Part shown: in pieces, positions 1 to 5,693 of the stretch
How positions within the stretch are numbered: the stretch's first letter is position 1
Layout of the letters: each line of letters opens with the position of its first letter
From: Kineococcus radiotolerans SRS30216 = ATCC BAA-149
Lineage (GTDB): Bacteria > Actinomycetota > Actinomycetes > Actinomycetales > Kineococcaceae
Assembly: GCF_000017305.1 (NCBI RefSeq)
Contig: NC_009664.2
Span: forward strand, 1,440,001 to 1,472,000
Reading direction: 5' to 3'
DNA length: 32,000 bases
Translations under genes and position numbers: made by a program
The notes under the pieces: generated by a model
The model's database searches: none
What the model saw: the letters and a program-made list of their open reading frames with translations, nothing else
Told to the model about the DNA's origin: nothing

Positions 1-253
1 CGGGATCACCTCGATCCCGACCCTGGTCGCCTACCGCGACGGCATCCCCGTCTTCGGTCAGCCCGGCGCCCTCCCCGCTCCCGCCCTGGAGCAGCTCATC
101 GAGCAGGTGCGCTCGCTGGACATGGACCAGGTGAAGCGCCAGTACGCCCAGGCCCTGGAGCAGGAGCAGGCCAAGCAGCAGGCGCAGGCCGCGCAGGCCC
201 AGGCCGCCCAGCGCCAGGGCGTGCGCGCGGGGACGGACCCCGCCGCGTTCTGA
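1..253 (+). CDS. thioredoxin-family protein, C-terminal part (5' end outside window)
   Basis: Frame 2 reads GITSIPTLVAYRDGIPVFGQPGALPAPALEQLIEQV..., matching the C-terminal strand/helix pattern of the thioredoxin fold. A Q/A-rich tail follows. TGA at 251-253, followed by a strong hairpin. Confidence 0.6.
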   Translation, partial: GITSIPTLVAYRDGIPVFGQPGALPAPALEQLIEQVRSLDMDQVKRQYAQALEQEQAKQQAQAAQAQAAQRQGVRAGTDPAAF

Positions 254-270
254 CCGACCCGTCACCAGGA

Positions 271-297
271 GACCCCGCACCGCTCCGGTGCGGGGTC
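271..297 (+). terminator. intrinsic-terminator-like hairpin after the thioredoxin-like gene
   Basis: gaccccgcaccg (271-282) / ctc / cggtgcggggtc (286-297) forms a perfect 12-bp GC-rich stem, 18 nt after the stop codon. The U-tract is weak (ttcc). Confidence 0.6.
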
Positions 298-375
298 TTC
301 CTGCGTCCGGGGCCGTGGACCCGCGGGCGCGCACTTTCGTCACCCTGATCGGGTCACCCGTGACGGGAACGGCGG

Positions 376-642
376 GTGCCTGCTCCGATCGGTGGCTGGA
401 GGTGCGGCACCGGTGGACCCGGGGCAGCGTGGTCCCCGTTCCACCTCCGTCGTCCCCGGGAAGGACCCCTTCCGGTGCTCACCGTCCTGCTCTGCACCGT
501 CTCCGTCGTCGCCGCCGTCTGCGCCGCGATCCGCATGGAGGCGTGGTTGTCCACCGCCCCGCCCGTCCCCGCCGCGCGTGGGCGGGCCCAGACCGACGCC
601 GCGCGGCGCGACGCCGCCACGGCGGGTCGTCCCGCGCGCTGA
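376..642 (+). CDS. hypothetical small membrane protein (start uncertain; GTG at 475 is plausible)
   Basis: From about 475 onward almost every codon ends in G/C (gtg ctc acc gtc ctg ctc tgc acc gtc tcc gtc gtc gcc...). One hydrophobic helix, LTVLLCTVSVVAAVCAAI. I recognise no homology. Confidence 0.3.
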   Translation: MPAPIGGWRCGTGGPGAAWSPFHLRRPREGPLPVLTVLLCTVSVVAAVCAAIRMEAWLSTAPPVPAARGRAQTDAARRDAATAGRPAR

Positions 643-668
643 CCGAGCAGCGGTCCGCGGAACCGACC

Positions 669-1376
669 TCACGCGGCCAGGGTCACCGTGGGCCGCAGCA
701 GCGAGCGCAGGACGAGGAAGTTCGTGAGGCCCACCAGCCCCGTCACGACGTACACCACGACCAGCCCGCTCGCTCCGCTGGCCCCCGGGACGAGGTGGTG
801 CCAGGCGGCCAGCGCGGCCGTGCTGAGGACCAGCCCCACCACCGCCGCCGCTCCCCCGGCCCCGTGCCCCTTGAACCACGCCGTGGAGCGCCCCCCGGGG
901 AACGTGAACCGGCGGTGCAGCTCGTTGGTCACCAGCGTGGAGAGCACGACCGCCACCACGTTCACCGCCACCACCGGCACCACCGCCCACGCGGACAGGG
1001 CCAGGAACACGGCGGCGTGGGCGACGTTGCCGGTGAGACCCGCCAGCACGAACCGCCCCAGCGTCCACACCCGCGCCACCCGCTCGCGCCGGGCGAGGAC
1101 GGGCGGAGCCGGCGGCGAAGGTGCGGTGCAGGTGATCACCACGCCAGTCTGCCCACCGGGGTAGCGCACCGCGTCGTCCGCGGGGACCGTCTCCGGCTCA
1201 TCCCGCTGCCGTACGTGTCGTCCCGCCGCCTCCCCCGGAGGGTGGACCGCAGGGAACCCACGCGGGGCGAGTTCGGCGGAACGGGAGAGCGCCCGCCGTG
1301 GTCCGGAGGAGGCAGTCGATCCGCGGCGGGGTGCGTCGGGGTGCGGATGCGTCCCCTCGAAAGCGTTGATCTCCAT
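669..1376 (-). CDS. GtrA-family membrane protein with an N-terminal extension (start uncertain)
   Basis: The C-terminal ~135 aa has four hydrophobic helices and GtrA-like motifs (RFVLAGLTGNVAHAAVF...; ...GLVGLTNFLVLRSLL). ATG 1376 is the first start after an in-frame stop. Internal GTGs near 1137 are alternative starts. Confidence 0.6.
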   Translation of the reverse strand: MEINAFEGTHPHPDAPRRGSTASSGPRRALSRSAELAPRGFPAVHPPGEAAGRHVRQRDEPETVPADDAVRYPGGQTGVVITCTAPSPPAPPVLARRERVARVWTLGRFVLAGLTGNVAHAAVFLALSAWAVVPVVAVNVVAVVLSTLVTNELHRRFTFPGGRSTAWFKGHGAGGAAAVVGLVLSTAALAAWHHLVPGASGASGLVVVYVVTGLVGLTNFLVLRSLLRPTVTLAA

Positions 1377-1664
1377 GGCGAACCGTCGGATGTCGTCGTC
1401 ACCGTCGTGGTCGTAGCAGTCGATCAGCCTGCGTCGACACGGCGACCAGCGCCCATCAGTTCGACCACCGGTTCGTGCTGCCCTCGACGGTGCCGGTCAC
1501 GCCGACCACTGCATCGGCTCGACGTCAGCGCGGCGCTGCGTGGTGCCAGCCTTCGGCCGGGCGAGAGGGGACGGAAAATCACTCCGGCGGACAGACGATC
1601 GGAGGCGTCGACCCCGGGGCGGTGACGCCTCGTCGTCCCCGCCGAGATCCAGGATGCGCGGTGA

Positions 1665-1850
1665 TCAGCGGTTGCCCTGCAGGATTCGACGCAAGCGCTC
1701 TCGCCAGCCCGAGGGTGTGTATGCAGGGCAGGCTTCCGGCCCGCACCAGCCGCAGTCAGAACCCTTGCGGTAGTGCTCGTGGGCGTCGGCGGGGTGCCCG
1801 CACCGCGAGCAGAGGCAGTGTCGCGCACCCATGAGGAGAGCTTGACGCAT
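1665..1850 (-). CDS. small Cys/His-rich (zinc-ribbon-like) hypothetical protein
   Basis: 61-aa ORF with CLCSRCGHPADAHEHYRKGSDCGWCGPEAC (7 Cys, 4 His in paired CxxC/CxxxC-like spacing). GC3 is roughly 75-80%, lower than core genes. Confidence 0.4.
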   Translation of the reverse strand: MRQALLMGARHCLCSRCGHPADAHEHYRKGSDCGWCGPEACPAYTPSGWRERLRRILQGNR

Positions 1851-1941
1851 CTGGTCGGTGCAGGCTCGACGAGCGTGTTCGACGCAGGATCACAGGATCA
1901 GTTGCGCTCGCCCCTCGACGGGGGACACGCACGATGGCCCC

Positions 1942-2235
1942 ATGACGGTGGAGACCAGGCCGCGACCGATCGCCACGCCATCGCGCGCTTCGTCGCCGAC
2001 CGCGCCCGGACGAGCCAGCGCCCTCGGCCCCGGAAGGCCAGGAGCGCGGCGGCAGCCACAACGGTTTCCCACCCGCTGCCACCAGGCCGTTCACGAGCAT
2101 CACGAGGTGACGGCTGACAACCTGGCCCACGCTTTGCTGGAGCTCGCCCTGCAGCACCGGGAGCGACTGGACTTCAAGACCGCCTGGCGGGAGTGGCAGC
2201 GGGTCGGCCCTGCGCTCGAGGACGGCGCGACGTAG
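1942..2235 (+). CDS. hypothetical protein (only the C-terminal ~45 codons are well supported)
   Basis: Codons 2101-2232 have near-uniform G/C third positions (HEVTADNLAHALLELALQHRERLDFKTAWREWQRVGPALEDGAT). Upstream, the GC3 signal moves to another frame (1960-2045), so the 5' part is ambiguous or frameshifted. Confidence 0.25.
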   Translation: MTVETRPRPIATPSRASSPTAPGRASALGPGRPGARRQPQRFPTRCHQAVHEHHEVTADNLAHALLELALQHRERLDFKTAWREWQRVGPALEDGAT

Positions 2236-2493
2236 CGCGAGGAGTCAGGCACCCCTGCGATCACCCTGGGTTGGCGGCGGCATGCAGTCAGTGACAGGAC
2301 TTCGCGTGAACCGCCCCACGATCATGCTTTCCCGCTCTAAGGTCCGAATCAGGCCGCCGACGGGGGCTTCCGGTCAGACCAACCTAGGAGAGCACGTGGC
2401 TCATCCGACCCAGCCGATGCCTGCTCCTGCCCCGGGAAGGCGACGCTGGTACCGCCTGCCCGGGTCATCGGCCCGGCTGGCCTCATCCTCGGT

Positions 2494-2841
2494 GTGCTCA
2501 TCGGCAGCGGTTCCGCCGGGGACTCTGAAAGTGCGGTCGCGACAGCGCCCCCTTCGCCCACTTCGACCATCACGGTGACCCAGACCAGCGCCCCCTCGCC
2601 GGCGGTGACCGTGACCGAGCAGGCCCCCGCCCCGGCTCCGACGACCATCACCATCACTACGACCGCCGAGCCGGCCGTAGAGGTCCCGACTGCAGCCGAG
2701 CCCCTTTCCGAGGCACCCAGCTCGGTGTACTACGCCAACTGCAGTGCAGCTCGCGCCGCTGGCGCGGCACCGCTCCGGACGGGGGATCCTGGATACGCCT
2801 CGCACCTCGACCGTGACAGCGACGGCGTCGCTTGCGAGTGA
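2494..2841 (+). CDS. excalibur calcium-binding domain protein (probably frameshifted at its 5' end, see findings)
   Basis: The C-terminus YYANCSAARAAGAAPLRTGDPGYASHLDRDSDGVACE is the excalibur (DxDxDGxxCE) domain. It is preceded by a T/P/A-rich linker. Confidence 0.7.
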   Translation: MLIGSGSAGDSESAVATAPPSPTSTITVTQTSAPSPAVTVTEQAPAPAPTTITITTTAEPAVEVPTAAEPLSEAPSSVYYANCSAARAAGAAPLRTGDPGYASHLDRDSDGVACE

Positions 2842-3056
2842 CGACCTGAGCGGAACGGCCTTGTCGCTCGATGCCCCATCCTGATGGGGATGGAGCTCCT
2901 GGCCGGTCACCCTGACGACTGGTGGGGCGGTCACGACTAGGACCTGTGGTGGACCTACCTCACCCTAGGGCGGCACGGGGCGTCGTCCGTGGCACGAACG
3001 TGGCACGCCCCCCGCTCCGGGAGGGAGCGAGGCCCGTGCATTCCGTTGTCTCAGTT

Positions 3057-3099
3057 GTGGGCCCCCAGGGGATCGAACCCTGAACCCGCGGATTAAAAG
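3057..3099 (-). repeat. displaced 3' fragment of tRNA-Lys (distal att repeat of the islet)
   Basis: gtgggcccccaggggatcgaaccctgaacccgcggattaaaag is identical over 43/43 bp to 6573-6615. The flanking bases differ on both sides. Confidence 0.9.
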
Positions 3100-3181
3100 A
3101 GCGGGGAGAGGTGTCCGGTGGGGTCCGCGGAGGGCGGCTGACCTGGGGTGACGGTGCGCCGGCGTGCGGGGGAGCGGGGCG

Positions 3182-3213
3182 GCTGCCGTCGCGTTGCCGT
3201 CACGGCTGCCGTC
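3182..3213 (+). repeat. three direct copies of GYTGCCGTC (candidate arm-type recombinase sites, left end of islet)
   Basis: gctgccgtc 3182-3190, gttgccgtc 3193-3201, gctgccgtc 3205-3213. The same motif occurs twice at 6502-6524. Confidence 0.4.
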
Positions 3214-3463
3214 AGGACTGGATGCCTGTGCAGTAGCAACTACCCCCAAGTAGGCCATGCCGAAAGCAACGGGCTTGGACGTGGGTCCAAGGTCATGGGC
3301 CTTGGTAGGGGGCAGGGGCCGCCGGCGGTCATGGCGACCGTGGCGCGAGCGTCAAAGGAACGTGACCTACGGACGAGTGGTCAAAGTCTGGAGTGTCAAC
3401 CACATCCACACTCGAAGGGCGCCGAGCCATGGGCTCCCTCAGTGACGTCCTGCACTTAATGCT

Positions 3464-3495
3464 TTGCGGTGCAGAGCATTTGCGGTGCAGAGCAT
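3464..3495 (+). repeat. perfect 16-bp tandem duplication ttgcggtgcagagcat x2, followed by two further TGCGGT copies (to 3532)
   Basis: 3464-3479 equals 3480-3495. ctgcggtag lies at 3496-3504 and ctgcggtgcc at 3522-3531. Confidence 0.7.
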
Positions 3496-3666
3496 CTGCG
3501 GTAGCCGTCACATGTGGGTGACTGCGGTGCCAGCGTTCAGACGGCACGTGCGTCGCCGGCCTGCGAGCTCCGTGTGACGCTGCCCTCTTGCCGGCAAGGT
3601 GACCCGCCGCTTCCCCCTGTGACCCACGACAGCCGAGGTGCACTCGTACCTCTTGACGGCTCGTCC

Positions 3667-3697
3667 TCTTCTTGGAAGACTACGACATCTTGAAGAT
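3667..3697 (+). promoter_or_regulatory. two TCTTG(G)AAGA palindromic elements upstream of the nuclease gene (candidate operator)
   Basis: tcttggaaga 3670-3679 and atcttgaagat 3687-3697, 30-57 nt upstream of GTG 3727. ttgacg at 3652-3657 could be a -35 element. RBS gagga at 3716-3720. Confidence 0.25.
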
Positions 3698-3726
3698 GCG
3701 GGCTTCGATCGCGCAGAGGAGCAGTT

Positions 3727-4167
3727 GTGGCTGATCAGTATGCACACGAGTGCCGCATCCGTGACGCCTACTCGCAACGCCTGAGGGAATTTCGCCCCAA
3801 GGAGCGAATGCTCAATACGGAGCATCCCTATGCCAATGGTCGATTACGTGCAGACCTGCGAACGATCGATGATGAGGGCGTCCGCCGCATATGGGAGTTC
3901 AAAATTTCTGCCGGCTATGGCGCACTGGGTCAGATTCTGACCTATCTGGCGCAAGCCAGAAAGGATGCGCTTTTCGAGTCGACTGTACGCGGAGTTCTTG
4001 CCGCCTTTCACTTCCATCAGGAAGTGTGGACGACGGTTGAAGTACTAAACCTCGGCATTGAATTAGTAGTTATTCCTGAAAAGTTGAGCATGGCCGGTGG
4101 CGTGCTCAGTCCACCGACGGGCTTCCGTGCCCCCCAAATTCCTAAGCTGCCTCCGGCTTCATCCTGA
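3727..4167 (+). CDS. stand-alone NucS/DUF91-like PD-(D/E)xK nuclease
   Basis: 146 aa from a GTG start with RBS gagga 6 nt upstream. Ordered motifs: E8, D43 (RADLRTID), E57-x-K59 (IWEFK), Q69-xxx-Y73 (GQILTY), then VRGVLAA. This matches the pattern ...D(I/L)L..D..G..v.iE.K......v.Q.l.Y......vRGilvA of NucS-type nuclease domains. Confidence 0.65.
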   Translation: MADQYAHECRIRDAYSQRLREFRPKERMLNTEHPYANGRLRADLRTIDDEGVRRIWEFKISAGYGALGQILTYLAQARKDALFESTVRGVLAAFHFHQEVWTTVEVLNLGIELVVIPEKLSMAGGVLSPPTGFRAPQIPKLPPASS

Positions 4168-4190
4168 CCCAAAACCCAAGAAAGGCAATC

Positions 4191-5693
4191 ATGGCGATCC
4201 CATCGATCCCCAAGAACCAACTCATCCCCAATGATCAGATTCCTCGGAGTGACCTTTTCGGTGGACTTCGGATCGTTCGGTATCAGGCTGATCCGGCAGC
4301 ATGCGATGCCTTCAATCAGAACCGGTATGAGTTCCAGTGGGAGCAGGAGGAGCGACATGTCATTCCAGGGGCCACGCTTGCAGTTAAGGGGGCCCCTTCG
4401 AACTATCGGATCACAGCTATGATCCATCCGACCTTGAAGCAATTCATAGATATCGTGAAATATGACCCTTCTGCGCCCCCTATCGAGGACTATGAGGCTC
4501 TCGAGATGAAGGATGCGCACGATCAGACGCAGCAAGATTTCAAGGGGGCCAAGAAGGAGAACCTGGCAAACTTCAAGCAGTACAACGTCGAGGCGGTACG
4601 GGGTGACCGTATTGCCTACCTGCCACCTATTAGTGGGTGGCAATCAAGTGTCGTATTCGATGAAACGATCTTTGTGGCATTCGATGAGCCTAGCGACCTG
4701 GTCCTATATGGGCAGTTGTATCTGCCTAAGAGTCCGGTCATGCAATCGGATGGCCAGACGCAGACGGCGGCCTTGTTTCAGGCGGCTCAGACTGGGATTG
4801 CCATAAAGTCTGGCGCTCTCAAGCGATTCGGCGTCACAATGGAGATCGAACTCAATGTCACGTCCGAAAAGGCCGCGCAGAGCTTCGCCGACCGCAATGG
4901 GCGCGGGTCAAAGAAGAATAAAAACCTCGTGGCAGTCATGGACAGTTCTTCGGCGTTGGCAAAGCTTCGCGGTCAGTCCATTCAGGGAACCATTTTTGAC
5001 AAGCGACTCGCTGACGGGCGGACGGTGGGCGCAACCGAAACTGCCACCAAGAACATCGTGGACTTGTCCACCATGGATCAAATGCTACTGAACGTCGTCT
5101 CGCGCGGAAGTAAGAAGCCCGAGCAGATCAAGCACTACCACGTCCAGCACCTGCTTCCCTTCTGTCGAGATTTCATCGAAATGCTAGAGGGGCAGTTCGG
5201 CAGTGCATGGCTAGACCCGACCCCCAAGGACAGTGAACCCTATCGCCGCATTTATGTTCACGGGTGGGCTTTCGCGCTAAAGGCGTTGGCGCTGGCGTAT
5301 CACGACGTTCGGCGAAGTGAAATCCATCCATATGCCACGTCCATCGGGACGACGGGCATGGACGAGCACACTACGGCCGAGGAGGCCGAGGCGGCTTTCC
5401 TTAAGGCTGTTGCGGATGCACCTTCGGCAACGTCCGTCCTCAGTGTCGCTGAGTTCGAGGACAGGTTGGGGCAGATTGACTGGCTTCGTTACCGGAAGCA
5501 CTGGATTGCGCTGACTGGCTACAAGTTGGATAGGTCGGGAAGTAAGAAGCGTCGCGAGATCAAGGACGGCGCCTCGAAGAAGGTCATCGTTGAAGGAAAG
5601 GCTGAAAATACAGCTGCCGCCATCAACAGTGTCGTGAGAAAGATCCTCTCAGACACTTGGACTGACCTCACGCACCATGAAGACGAGAAGTAG
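4191..5693 (+). CDS. DndB-like DGQHR-domain (ParB/Srx-fold) protein, motif variant DGQTQ
   Basis: 500 aa from an ATG with RBS gaaagg, 23 nt after the nuclease gene. DGQTQ at residues 187-191 (nt 4749-4763), preceded by YGQLYLPKSPVMQS. Downstream AAQSFADRNGRGSKKNKNL resembles the conserved (F)aDlN...v segment of DGQHR/DndB proteins. G+C is roughly 50-55% by eye. Confidence 0.65.
   Translation: MAIPSIPKNQLIPNDQIPRSDLFGGLRIVRYQADPAACDAFNQNRYEFQWEQEERHVIPGATLAVKGAPSNYRITAMIHPTLKQFIDIVKYDPSAPPIEDYEALEMKDAHDQTQQDFKGAKKENLANFKQYNVEAVRGDRIAYLPPISGWQSSVVFDETIFVAFDEPSDLVLYGQLYLPKSPVMQSDGQTQTAALFQAAQTGIAIKSGALKRFGVTMEIELNVTSEKAAQSFADRNGRGSKKNKNLVAVMDSSSALAKLRGQSIQGTIFDKRLADGRTVGATETATKNIVDLSTMDQMLLNVVSRGSKKPEQIKHYHVQHLLPFCRDFIEMLEGQFGSAWLDPTPKDSEPYRRIYVHGWAFALKALALAYHDVRRSEIHPYATSIGTTGMDEHTTAEEAEAAFLKAVADAPSATSVLSVAEFEDRLGQIDWLRYRKHWIALTGYKLDRSGSKKRREIKDGASKKVIVEGKAENTAAAINSVVRKILSDTWTDLTHHEDEK

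Noticed and set aside
1424-1828. 134-aa minus-strand ORF and overlapping plus-strand ORFs (1475-1834, 1540-1773)
   Set aside because: There are no motifs and no frame-specific GC3. They mutually overlap each other and the better-supported Cys-rich ORF.
2965-3258. 97-aa minus-strand ORF spanning the tRNA-Lys fragment
   Set aside because: It reads straight through the 43-bp tRNA-derived repeat, and its translation is low-complexity.
3100-3726. Search for an integrase, excisionase or their remnants in the left arm of the islet (track ORFs 3148-3459, 3257-3445, 3329-3643, 3508-3825)
   Set aside because: None of the translations shows recombinase signatures (R...HxxR...Y, a serine-recombinase N-terminus) or an HTH. 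GC3 is not frame-biased. I treat the region as non-coding with repeats.
4017-4643. 208-aa minus-strand ORF antisense to the cassette genes
   Set aside because: It crosses the intergenic gap and RBS of the plus-strand genes, has no recognisable motifs, and the plus-strand frames carry clear family signatures.
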